The notes beneath the pieces were generated by a model. It was not told the origin of the DNA, ran no database searches, and was given only the letters and a program-made list of their open reading frames with translations. From NCBI GenBank assembly GCA_965140445.1, contig OZ223236.1, forward strand, positions 2,688,001 through 2,752,000: 64,000 nucleotides of DNA, read 5' to 3'. Below are positions 9,477 through 18,886 of this stretch, piece by piece. This stretch comes from Candidatus Ozemobacteraceae bacterium. GTDB taxonomy: Bacteria > Muiribacteriota > Ozemobacteria > Ozemobacterales > Ozemobacteraceae. A program made the position numbers and the translations under genes. The first letter of the stretch is position 1; the number at the start of each line of letters is the position of its first letter.

Positions 9477-11693
9477 ATGACAGAAAAACTAAGTTTGCAT
9501 CAAGAAGGGGTTATCCCGGAAAAAATACCAACCGTATTGATTGGGAATATAAGGGTTCAGATTTTATCAAGCTATCTGGTTCGCTTGGAAGTTTGTGATA
9601 CTCTTGGTTTTGAAGATAATCCCAGTTTTAATATTCCTAATAGAAAGGCTATTGGTCCTTCAAAATTTTCTATAAACATTAAGTCAGGAAACATTTATAT
9701 AACAACTGGGAAAGTGGAGTTTGAAATTCCAGTTATGTCCAAGGATTTATCTGGAGTCAGGGCTAGATATAAATCTGAAATTTCATGGAAAAAAGTCCGG
9801 GATGTTGCTCGGAATATTCACGATTTGCCAGAGCCAGTTAATCTGCCTTATTTGTGGGCTTTGAGAGATTTTCCTCGTCTTATTCCACCAGAATGGGGGG
9901 CAACTGCTCCACCAGATAGTTTCGATTATGATTTTCTTTCAGGATGGGGAGTTAGTGACACAATAAATGATATTTTTGTATTTTTTCCAAAAGCTTCTGG
10001 ATATAAGGCATTTTTAAAGGACTTTATTGGTTTAACAGGTAGAATCCCCATGATTCCAATGGCAGCATTGGGATTTATTTACAGTAGATATCATCCTTAT
10101 TCCGATCAACAGATTCACGAGTTAATCGAAAAATTCAAAATTCGTAAAATTCCAGTCGACACATTTGTTGTGGATACCGATTGGAGGGTGGGGGCATCCC
10201 ATGGATACGAAATAAATGAAGAGCTGTTTCCAGATATGGAAGCATTCATAAGCCGTTGCCACATGCAAGGCGTAAAGCTTATGTTTAATGATCATCCAGA
10301 GCCGGTAGATGAACCCCTTTCTCCAGAAGAATTAAAATACAGAGAAGAAGGGCTTGGAAAACTTTTTAAGCTGGGACTGGATTATTGGTGGTTTGATCGA
10401 AATTGGAAAAAGACCTTGGGAGAGCCAGCTCCTGGAATAAAAAAAGAAATATGGGGAATGAGGCTCTATACGGACATGCATAGTAAGCTTTGTCCAATGG
10501 AACGCCCAATGATAATGTCCAATCCACCCAATTTCAATAATGGGGTCAGGGATGGTGCGGCCGGGGCGGTTGCCCATAGATACCCAATCTGGTGGACTGG
10601 TGATACCAAAGCAGAATGGGAATATTTAAAAGCTGGAATTGAAAACGCCGTAAATGAAGGAATCCTTTCGCTTATTCCTTATTTGAGCGAAGATCTTGGC
10701 GGCCATTTTGGAAAACCCTCCCCGGAATTACTAATTCGGTTCGCTCAATTTGGAGCTTTGTCTCCTGTTTTTAGATTGCATTGCACAGCCGGGGAATGTC
10801 GAGACCCATGGGAATATGGACTGGAAGCGGAAAGAGTTGTTACAAACTTCATTCAGTTAAGAATAAAGTTACTCCCAATGCTTTATTCGGCCATGAGGGA
10901 AACCTTTGAAACGGGCTTGCCTCTTTTAAAGCGTTGTGACATTGAGTTCCCGGAATTTGCTGAAAGTTCCTGGCCAATGCAATATATGCTTGGAAACGAT
11001 TTGCTTGTTGCACCAGCTTTTACTCCCGGCGTTTATGTTAAAGGTCAACCGGAAATATGCTCAGAAAGGCTATTGTGGCTTCCTCCAGGAACCTGGCATG
11101 ATTTATGGACTGGGATTACGGTTCAAGGGCCAAAGACGGTTGAGTTAAAAGTTCCTACCTGGAAAATGCCTATTTATGCAAGAAATGGTGGAATCATTAT
11201 TTCTCAACCAGAAATAGTTTCCTCTTCTAAGCAACTTTGGGTGAGTTTGAATGCAGATATTTTTGTGCCAAAGGGAAACACTGAATCTAAGAGATATTTA
11301 TATGAAGATGACAAAGAAACAAATTCATATCTTGATGATATCTTTCGCAAAACAGAGTTAACTGTGGCAAGAGAATCGGATTTTGTTGAGTTTGCTATCA
11401 ATCCAGCTCAAGGCAAATTTGAAGATAGAATATCGAGTCGAAACTGGAACTTACGATTTCATTTTCCCCGGGGAACCAGGTTAGTTTCGGTTGTTATAAA
11501 TGACAGCATGGTGTTGCCGGGTTCATATCAGCTTATCAATAACTCTGAAAGGCCGATTTTCATGCCCATGATAAGCAGGCAGGGGGTTGCAGCTCCTGAT
11601 AGTGCTGATACTGTAGAATTGAATCTTAATGATATAGACATTTGTTCAGAATTGAGGATTAGATTGCAAGTGCTTGAAGAAAGCCTTGTTTAA
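9477..11693 (+). CDS. Glycoside hydrolase family 31 (alpha-glucosidase/xylosidase-like)
   Basis: KIPVDTFVVDTDW, nucleophile in WWFD, acid/base in WTGD, QYMLGNDLLVAP, LYEDD. Confidence 0.9.
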   Translation: MTEKLSLHQEGVIPEKIPTVLIGNIRVQILSSYLVRLEVCDTLGFEDNPSFNIPNRKAIGPSKFSINIKSGNIYITTGKVEFEIPVMSKDLSGVRARYKSEISWKKVRDVARNIHDLPEPVNLPYLWALRDFPRLIPPEWGATAPPDSFDYDFLSGWGVSDTINDIFVFFPKASGYKAFLKDFIGLTGRIPMIPMAALGFIYSRYHPYSDQQIHELIEKFKIRKIPVDTFVVDTDWRVGASHGYEINEELFPDMEAFISRCHMQGVKLMFNDHPEPVDEPLSPEELKYREEGLGKLFKLGLDYWWFDRNWKKTLGEPAPGIKKEIWGMRLYTDMHSKLCPMERPMIMSNPPNFNNGVRDGAAGAVAHRYPIWWTGDTKAEWEYLKAGIENAVNEGILSLIPYLSEDLGGHFGKPSPELLIRFAQFGALSPVFRLHCTAGECRDPWEYGLEAERVVTNFIQLRIKLLPMLYSAMRETFETGLPLLKRCDIEFPEFAESSWPMQYMLGNDLLVAPAFTPGVYVKGQPEICSERLLWLPPGTWHDLWTGITVQGPKTVELKVPTWKMPIYARNGGIIISQPEIVSSSKQLWVSLNADIFVPKGNTESKRYLYEDDKETNSYLDDIFRKTELTVARESDFVEFAINPAQGKFEDRISSRNWNLRFHFPRGTRLVSVVINDSMVLPGSYQLINNSERPIFMPMISRQGVAAPDSADTVELNLNDIDICSELRIRLQVLEESLV

Positions 11694-11738
11694 AAAAGGT
11701 TTTACCTCCTGAACTAACGTCGTTTTTTACTAATCAAA

Positions 11739-12926
11739 TCAGTTTTCAGATGCGGCTTTTTCCGCTCCGTACCCTTCCCAGGTCTTTTTTAACATGTCTT
11801 TAACCTGAGCAATTGCTTCTTCTGGAGTTTCAAACTTGCCTTTGGCATATTTTTGAAGATATGGAAGGTAATTGAAAAATGGAATTCTTTCAACTTCCAT
11901 ATTCAGGAAGCCGTTTGCACAAATAATGGCCTGCAGGATATTTTCCTTTTCTTCAGGAAGTGAGTGATGTGCGGAGACCACTCTGGTTACATATTCAGGG
12001 AGTTTCCAGTGCTGGCAAAGTGCAACGCCAAGTTCACAATGATCAATCCCAAAAATTTCCCGTTCGGCGGCCACTGAATCCATGCTTTTTTCAGAGATAA
12101 GTTTTGCAACAATCTCATATTTCTCATGAAAGGCATATTGCAATGCCAGTGAGCCAATGTCGTGGAGAAGGGCTGCAACGCGGATTTTACCAACGGTAAT
12201 TGGATCTCCTGTGACTCGCTCTGCAAGCTTTACTGCAAGGAATGCACAGGCATCAGAATGTGCGAGTTTCTTTTCCTGTTGCGAAAAGTATTTTGTGGCA
12301 AGATTGTTAAAGATCATTTGCATCAAAACTTGCTTGATGCCTTCCATACCCAGGTAAGCAAGCGCATGTCCAATGTTTTCAACCCGGTTTCTGCGCATAA
12401 AAAATGAAGAGTTTGCTGTCTGGAGAATTCTTGCAACAAGGAGAGGCTCACTGATAATCTGCTCCTCAATTTGTTTGAATTCAACATCAGGAGTGCCAAT
12501 CTCATTTAAAAGGTTCAAGGCAGAGCTTTTAAATGGGGTTACATCAGAAAACTCTTTTAAAACTTCTTCGATTATCAAAAGTTTTTTGACTTCTGTGACA
12601 GCTTTTACAGGGTCTTTTGCTATTTCAAAATCATGTTGGAATTGAATCTGAGATTCATTTTCGCAACATATTATTAGATTAATTTTTTCAAGAATGCTTT
12701 TTATCTCATTACTACATGATTCGCCAAGTGAAAAATACGGGGGAATTGTTAAAACAATATTGGGATATTTTCTGGATAAAAGAGAAACCGCACCCAGTAT
12801 TTTTTCAGGTGAACAGTCATCGCCTTCAACCACTACTAATTCTATTAGCTTGCTTGCGTGCTCTACTGCTATGAAAGGCAGCGTTGATGGTTTTTGTATC
12901 ATTATATATGGGGCCTTTCTAACCAA
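11739..12926 (-). CDS. HDOD domain signalling protein
   Basis: EPLLVARILQTANS, ALAYLG, AALLHDIG, EREIFGIDH, W.LP, HH; start codon uncertain. Confidence 0.88.
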   Translation of the reverse strand: MVRKAPYIMIQKPSTLPFIAVEHASKLIELVVVEGDDCSPEKILGAVSLLSRKYPNIVLTIPPYFSLGESCSNEIKSILEKINLIICCENESQIQFQHDFEIAKDPVKAVTEVKKLLIIEEVLKEFSDVTPFKSSALNLLNEIGTPDVEFKQIEEQIISEPLLVARILQTANSSFFMRRNRVENIGHALAYLGMEGIKQVLMQMIFNNLATKYFSQQEKKLAHSDACAFLAVKLAERVTGDPITVGKIRVAALLHDIGSLALQYAFHEKYEIVAKLISEKSMDSVAAEREIFGIDHCELGVALCQHWKLPEYVTRVVSAHHSLPEEKENILQAIICANGFLNMEVERIPFFNYLPYLQKYAKGKFETPEEAIAQVKDMLKKTWEGYGAEKAASEN

Positions 12927-13049
12927 CTTTAACTTATTATAATTTACTTTTTGCTGATATTAAAGTTCTGAAGTAATTTCTTTCAGAAATTTCCCATATT
13001 GATTTTTAAAGCTGACAAGGCTTAAGAATTTCTGATAAGTTAAAAATGT

Positions 13050-14036
13050 ATGATACGACAAAAAATTTGGAATTTTTTCTTTAATAGAATTGGTATTTTG
13101 CTACTTTTTGTCAGCTTTATGTTGGCTTTTTCACCTCTTAAAGCTGAACCACAGAAGGTGGAGCTGGGCCTTTATATTCTTGATATTGCAAAAATGGATG
13201 TCAAGGAGAGCGAGTTTTTTGCAGATTTCTACGTCTGGTATAAAGTTCCTTTAAATGCAACCTGGACACCAGAAAACATTGAATTCATGAATGGAACCAT
13301 TGAAAAAGCAACTCCACCCACTCCTTCAGCCAATCATACCGGGAAAAAATACTGGATTCAAAGAATCAAAGGAAGATTTAGAGGGCATTTTCGTCTCCAT
13401 TCCTATCCTTTTGACGAGCAGATTTTGCCAATAGTTATAGAAGATTCGGAGTTGAACACCAGTGATCTTACTTTTTCTGCAGATTCTGACATATCATCAG
13501 ACGCGTTAAACTGGCTTGAGCCAGAGTTGCAGGTTCCTGACTGGAAAAAGGCGGGGGCAAGCTTTGCGGTTGATATTCATCAATATAAAACAGATTTTGG
13601 CCTGGGAACCAAAGCCGAGTCAAAATATTCAAGATTTACTTTTAAAACTAAGTTAAACCGTTTGTTCTTGCCCCATTTGATAAAGTTTATTCTTCCGTTG
13701 GTCATAATCGCTGGCATGGCATATTTAGTATTTTTCATTAACGCTTCCGAATTTGAAGCCCAGTGCGGGATTTGTGTAACAGCGTTGTTGTCGGCGGTGG
13801 CTTTGCATATTGCTCAGGCTGACGCTCTTCCTGCGGTTGGCTATCTTGTCATGTCAGATAAGATATTTATTCTTTTTTATGTGGTGATTTTCTCTGCGCT
13901 AGTTCAGACTGTTGTAGTAAATAACTATGCTAAAACCGGAAACTTACAATTCGCAATAAAGATGGATTCAGCCTTCCGCGTCTGGTATGTGGTAACGCTC
14001 ATATTGGGCATTTTCTTGATTTTTCTATCAACTTGA
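13050..14036 (+). CDS. Prokaryotic pentameric ligand-gated ion channel (GLIC/ELIC-like)
   Basis: Signal peptide, F.ADFY, WTPENIEFMN, Pro-loop YPFDEQ, pre-M1 Arg, four TM helices, LP..GY M2-M3 loop. Confidence 0.88.
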   Translation: MIRQKIWNFFFNRIGILLLFVSFMLAFSPLKAEPQKVELGLYILDIAKMDVKESEFFADFYVWYKVPLNATWTPENIEFMNGTIEKATPPTPSANHTGKKYWIQRIKGRFRGHFRLHSYPFDEQILPIVIEDSELNTSDLTFSADSDISSDALNWLEPELQVPDWKKAGASFAVDIHQYKTDFGLGTKAESKYSRFTFKTKLNRLFLPHLIKFILPLVIIAGMAYLVFFINASEFEAQCGICVTALLSAVALHIAQADALPAVGYLVMSDKIFILFYVVIFSALVQTVVVNNYAKTGNLQFAIKMDSAFRVWYVVTLILGIFLIFLST

Positions 14037-14045
14037 GGAGATAAA

Positions 14046-14864
14046 ATGAAACCCGTAATTGATGTTCCAACTCCACTTATTCAACCTGCTTTGATGGGTA
14101 TGGTCCACGTAAAAGCCCTGCCAGGAACTCCCTTTAATGAATACTCCATAGATAAAATCTGTGAAGATGCGGTTAAAGAGGCTGAGATTTATCGAATTGC
14201 GGGGTTTGATGGAATCCTGATTGAAAATATGCATGATCGCCCCTACCTCAAGGGGAAGGTGGGCCCGGAAGTTGTCGCTGGAATGACGCGGGTTGCCTCT
14301 GAGATTCGTCGCAAAGTTGGCAAAAAATTTCCTGTTGGGATTCAGATCCTTGCCGCAGCTAATATTGAAGCCCTTGCAGTCGCTCACCTTGCTGGATTAG
14401 ACATGATCCGCGCAGAAGGCTGTGTTTTTGCGCATGTGGCTGATGAAGGGATTATTGAAGCTTCCGCTGGCGAATTGCTTCGGGAGAGACGTAGACTTGG
14501 AGCCGAAAGAATCAGGATCTGGACTGATATTCAGAAAAAGCATTCTGCTCACAGTATAACCAGCGATCTTGGACTTGAAGACTGGATTCATGGCGCTGAA
14601 TTTTTTGGAATGGATGGAGTTATTGTAACTGGTAGTTCCACAGGTAAATCAGCCGACATAGAGCAGGTTAAGCAGGCCAAAAAAATTAGTCGGATTCCGG
14701 TAATCGTAGGCTCGGGAATTACACCTGAGAATGCACATGATTACAAAGCCGCAGATATCTGGATTATAGGATCAAGCATGAAATACGATGGATATTGGGA
14801 AAACCCGATTGATCCTGAACGTTGTAAAGCAATGGTGGCTGCCAGAGATAAAGCAATAAAATAG
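14046..14864 (+). CDS. BtpA/SgcQ family TIM-barrel protein
   Basis: GMVHVKALPGTP, ENMHDRPY, DIQKKH, VTGSSTG, GSGIT. Confidence 0.9.
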   Translation: MKPVIDVPTPLIQPALMGMVHVKALPGTPFNEYSIDKICEDAVKEAEIYRIAGFDGILIENMHDRPYLKGKVGPEVVAGMTRVASEIRRKVGKKFPVGIQILAAANIEALAVAHLAGLDMIRAEGCVFAHVADEGIIEASAGELLRERRRLGAERIRIWTDIQKKHSAHSITSDLGLEDWIHGAEFFGMDGVIVTGSSTGKSADIEQVKQAKKISRIPVIVGSGITPENAHDYKAADIWIIGSSMKYDGYWENPIDPERCKAMVAARDKAIK

Positions 14865-14870
14865 GTAAGA

Positions 14871-14912
14871 AAAAAATCCCCTGAATCTGAATGATTCTGG
14901 GGATTTTTATTT
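14871..14912. terminator. Bidirectional terminator
   Basis: AAAAATCCCC..GAATC-loop-GATTC..GGGGATTTTT between convergent genes. Confidence 0.8.
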
Positions 14913-17092
14913 TAGAAACTTACGGGTGGTGGTTTTATAACAGGATCGCCCAAACCGCGTTTAACTACTTCTGCGGCTTTGGCCTGGCCAATTTGAAATG
15001 CTTCTGTTTCTCCATTGGGAACATTTGAGTGGGTTGGAATTTCTTCGTTCCTTACGAAAAGGGTTTGAGTTGGGAAAGCAAATTCAACGCCAAGTTGCTT
15101 GGCTAGTCGGATGATATCGTTGAACAGGCGATGTTTTTCTCTTAACTCGGTAGACCAGTCTGGAGTTTGAACAAAGCAATATAAGAGTATGTTCAAGCTT
15201 GAGTTGGCAAATTCGTTCAGGTATACGTGGAAATAGTCTTTGCGGGAATATGGATGTTTTCTAATAATTTCTCGAATTCCTTCACAAAATGCATCAATTT
15301 TGTCTGGAGGGGTATCATAGGTAACCCCTATTTTACATGTGATTCTGCGAAACTTTCTGGCTCCCCAGTTATCAATTGTTGCAGTAATTAACTGAGAATT
15401 TGGAATAGAGATTAAAGAATTGTAGAAAGTTCTAATTCTTGTACTTCTTACTCCAACTGACTCAACAGTTCCATCTGCAGCCCCTATTGTAACCCAGTCT
15501 CCAATTTGAAATGGTCTATCAATAAGGATGGTTAGAGAACCAAAGATATTGGAAATAGTGTCTTTTGCGGCTAGAGCGAAGGCTAAACCTCCGATTCCAA
15601 GTCCGGCAAGTATTTTGTCTATATCAAGAGCAAATATATCCGCAATAAAAACCAGGCCAATTGCAATTGCCAGAACCTTTAATGTCCTGGTTACAAGCGG
15701 GACGAGTAAATCATCAAACTTGTTTTCGGTCAGTTCTGCTTTGGCCTGTAGATAGTTGCCAACCAGATCCATAAGTCTATAACCAGCCCAGATGCCGGAA
15801 ATAGCTGTGATAACCTTTACCGTTACCAGTAGGAATAAACGCGCATTTCCGGGTAAACCAAGAGTGGTTAAACCTATCCACCATGACCAACTGGTAAGAG
15901 TTATTGAAATTGGTTTTAAAAACCGACTTTCAATTCCCGTATCAATACTTAGGTCTTCCCTTTTAAAGATCAGAGTAATACTTTTTCTGAGGATATTTGT
16001 TACCAGACGACTGATTCCAAGACCAAGGAAAATAATACAGAACATCCCGATCCATTGCCAGTTTTCCAGGAAAAGCGACTTGCTCATCAGGCCTGGAAAG
16101 TTCTGCTTCATGTAATCTCTTAATCTTACGGAAAAAGGCACATCAACATTAGTGCTAACCCCTTTTACAATGGGCTTATTTTTGAACTCATCATAAAGCT
16201 TTGGTAAATCATCTACTGTCTGGGCAGAAAACAGCCATGATTCGATGTTTGAATCGGGTTGCTTAATGCGTTCAATTACAATTCTACCCTTTTGATGGTT
16301 TAAAACAACATAGGGTGGGCCTTTAGGATCATTCGGAACCTCGACCAGATCAATAAATTTATATCTATCCAGCACAGATTTCAGCATGGCAATGCGTTCT
16401 GCGCCTATATCTTTCTTTACTGCTTTTTCAAATCTGGACATATCTAATGCCCTGATTGCTTCTTCTGGTCCTTCTTTCTTTACTTTGCGCATGGCGGTAA
16501 AGTAAAAATTAAGACTATCTCTGGCAGATTTAAATACCGGGTCAATTGTTGAGTCTTCTTCTTGATCTTTATGGCTTTTTTCAATTAAATCAAGATATTC
16601 GTTCAGTTTTGATAAGGTTCTTGTGTAGTTAAATTTCCATTGATCATTATCATATCTATAAAGGACAATTTTTACTCCAATCTCTTCGCCGATAGGAAGT
16701 GTGTAAGTTTTGCCCTTGGGTTGTTCCGGGATTGCATCGATTTTAAAGGTAAAGCTGTTAAGTATTTTAAAAAGCTGATTTGATAGTTCAACGCTTTTGG
16801 CTTCACGATTTTCGGCAGGTATTTCTTCGAGGTGCAATGCGCTGATTGCCTGATTGAAGTTTTTGGTTTTGCCCTGTTCCACATCATTCATTACGCTCAT
16901 GAAAAGGCGAATTGTTTTGCGTGGGGTTTCAAAAAGATTGACTGGTTCTTCAACTTTTTGAGCCTGTGAAGCTGTTCCTGTAGCTAAACCTTCAATAGTG
17001 GATTCTGCTATTGGCTGCTGTTGCTGTGAATAAATGGGGGTAATAATCTGAAATGCAAAAAATAAAATAATTGCCAGTGTACGAAAAATCAT
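14912..17092 (-). CDS. MscS-family mechanosensitive channel with large periplasmic N-terminus
   Basis: LAGLGIGGLAFALAAKDT, DRPFQIGDW, GTVESVGVRSTRIRT, FAFPTQT. Confidence 0.92.
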   Translation of the reverse strand: MIFRTLAIILFFAFQIITPIYSQQQQPIAESTIEGLATGTASQAQKVEEPVNLFETPRKTIRLFMSVMNDVEQGKTKNFNQAISALHLEEIPAENREAKSVELSNQLFKILNSFTFKIDAIPEQPKGKTYTLPIGEEIGVKIVLYRYDNDQWKFNYTRTLSKLNEYLDLIEKSHKDQEEDSTIDPVFKSARDSLNFYFTAMRKVKKEGPEEAIRALDMSRFEKAVKKDIGAERIAMLKSVLDRYKFIDLVEVPNDPKGPPYVVLNHQKGRIVIERIKQPDSNIESWLFSAQTVDDLPKLYDEFKNKPIVKGVSTNVDVPFSVRLRDYMKQNFPGLMSKSLFLENWQWIGMFCIIFLGLGISRLVTNILRKSITLIFKREDLSIDTGIESRFLKPISITLTSWSWWIGLTTLGLPGNARLFLLVTVKVITAISGIWAGYRLMDLVGNYLQAKAELTENKFDDLLVPLVTRTLKVLAIAIGLVFIADIFALDIDKILAGLGIGGLAFALAAKDTISNIFGSLTILIDRPFQIGDWVTIGAADGTVESVGVRSTRIRTFYNSLISIPNSQLITATIDNWGARKFRRITCKIGVTYDTPPDKIDAFCEGIREIIRKHPYSRKDYFHVYLNEFANSSLNILLYCFVQTPDWSTELREKHRLFNDIIRLAKQLGVEFAFPTQTLFVRNEEIPTHSNVPNGETEAFQIGQAKAAEVVKRGLGDPVIKPPPVSF

Positions 17093-17268
17093 CGAATCCT
17101 CCTGATCAGGTCTTTGTTCCTGATGAGTTTTTTAACATGTTGAGTTCTTTTGTGCAAACCTTATTTCTTTTTTTTATACGACTCAAGTTGATAAAGATGG
17201 CTTAATTGACTATAGTTAGAGTTCAGAAGTGCTATTTTATCTCACACAGGAGTCAGCTGCTTAAGACT

Positions 17269-17688
17269 ATGAAAGAAAGCTTTAAAAAGATTCGCGAAAA
17301 TCTCAAATTAATTGATATTCTGGAAAAAAAACATAAAATCAAAGCCAATAATGATAATGATGACCCATTGCTATATTGCGGTGTTGTAGAGTCAAACATT
17401 ATTAAAGCCTTGACTCCGGACGTAGAGAAATTCTTCGGCAAACCTTACAAAGCAGCAGGAGAGGGCGCTTTTTTCAAGAATTTCTTTGATAAATTTATTC
17501 GTGAAGTTGGCGGAGCTAGAAAAGAACAAACACTTTACAAAATTGATGTAGATGACCAGACATGTTTGTATTGCGCGTTCTGGCCTTGGGGAAGCAATCC
17601 GGTTAACACATCAATACGAATTGGGCTTGTTTGTTACGGGGCTGATGAAAGAGACCAATATACAAAAGAGTTAAAAGGGGAATTCTAG
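17269..17688 (+). CDS. Hypothetical protein
   Basis: Open frame at the head of a run of co-oriented genes; first ATG at 17269; no recognised motif. Confidence 0.6.
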   Translation: MKESFKKIRENLKLIDILEKKHKIKANNDNDDPLLYCGVVESNIIKALTPDVEKFFGKPYKAAGEGAFFKNFFDKFIREVGGARKEQTLYKIDVDDQTCLYCAFWPWGSNPVNTSIRIGLVCYGADERDQYTKELKGEF

Positions 17689-17705
17689 ATTCCAGGGAGG
17701 AAATT

Positions 17706-18107
17706 TTGAGTCAGTTAAAAAGACAACATTTTTATCTAATTGAACTTGCAAAGCAAACTATTGCCAAAAGATTTAAAGAAGGGCGACACCATGCATTTGC
17801 TGCTTTAAGAACTCGATCAGGGAAGGTGTTCTCAGGCATCCAGCTTAAAACTGAAGTTGCCAGGGCATCTGTCTGCGCCGAGGCTTCTGCTATTGCCGTT
17901 GCAGCAAGTGAAGGTGACACAGAAATTGAGACCATTGCAGTTGTAAATCGCTACGGAGAATTGGTTCCACCTTGTGGGCTGTGCAGAGAGTTAATTTTGC
18001 ACTATTCACCGAAAGCCGAAGTGTTAGTTCCCGGCCCTAATGGGGGCAAGGTTATGACCATACAGCAATTATTACCTTTGAGACAGGGGTATAACCAGGA
18101 TAAATAG
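17706..18107 (+). CDS. Cytidine deaminase family protein (homotetrameric CDA/blasticidin-S deaminase-like)
   Basis: CAE and PPCGLCRE zinc motifs; GGAGG RBS before a TTG start. Confidence 0.85.
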   Translation: MSQLKRQHFYLIELAKQTIAKRFKEGRHHAFAALRTRSGKVFSGIQLKTEVARASVCAEASAIAVAASEGDTEIETIAVVNRYGELVPPCGLCRELILHYSPKAEVLVPGPNGGKVMTIQQLLPLRQGYNQDK

Positions 18108-18110
18108 GAA

Positions 18111-18395
18111 ATGAATGATCAGCCTGTCGAAATTCCTATAAATGGGATTTTAGATCTTCACACCTTTGCTCCCTCAGAGGTCAGGTTTCTGGTGAGGGAT
18201 TACATTGAAGAATGCCTTGCCTTGAATATTTTTGAATTAAGAATTATTCACGGTAAAGGCATTGGAAATCTTAGAAGAATGGTTCATTCCGTTCTTGATA
18301 AACATGAATCAGTTGAAAGATTTGAGTTAGGCAAAGAAGATTCAGGAAGCTGGGGCGCAACTCTGGTATGGTTGAAGAAAAGAAGCATGAAATAA
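18111..18395 (+). CDS. Stand-alone Smr domain protein
   Basis: LDLH, IIHGKG.G.LR, GSWGATLV. Confidence 0.9.
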   Translation: MNDQPVEIPINGILDLHTFAPSEVRFLVRDYIEECLALNIFELRIIHGKGIGNLRRMVHSVLDKHESVERFELGKEDSGSWGATLVWLKKRSMK

Positions 18396-18886
18396 ATGGT
18401 TTGATAAAAGCCGTTTCAGAAGATGATGAAAATGAGTTTAAAAAATGGGCTTCAGGCTATTCGATTTATGATATGACCTGCAGACCTGTTTCAAATGAAG
18501 GGAAGAGGATCGCAGAGGTTCAAAAACCTTGCAGGTTAAGCTACTTCATAGATGGAGTGGAAAAGCCAGTTGGACGCTTTACCTGGTTTGATTACAATCC
18601 AAGAAATGAATCTGCAGAATTTGGCTATATTGTCAGCCCTAAGTTTCAAAATAGAGGCATTTGCACCAAAATGCTAAAAGACGCCTTTAATCATATTTTC
18701 AGCAATACCAAGGTTAATAAACTTTATTGCCAGACCGCAGTCTTTAATAAAGCTTCCGTAAAAGTTTTACGTAAAATTGGCATGCATCTGGATGGAATCT
18801 TAAGGCAGCATCATGAAAAAAACGGAACACTTCATGACGATTTGTTGTTTAGCATTCTTCGTTCTGAATGGGAAAAATCATCTTAA
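18368..18886 (+). CDS. GNAT N-acetyltransferase (RimJ/RimL-like)
   Basis: AEFGY, QNRGI acetyl-CoA motif, NKAS..VL.K.G; start may be at 18388 instead. Confidence 0.8.
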   Translation: MVEEKKHEINGLIKAVSEDDENEFKKWASGYSIYDMTCRPVSNEGKRIAEVQKPCRLSYFIDGVEKPVGRFTWFDYNPRNESAEFGYIVSPKFQNRGICTKMLKDAFNHIFSNTKVNKLYCQTAVFNKASVKVLRKIGMHLDGILRQHHEKNGTLHDDLLFSILRSEWEKSS

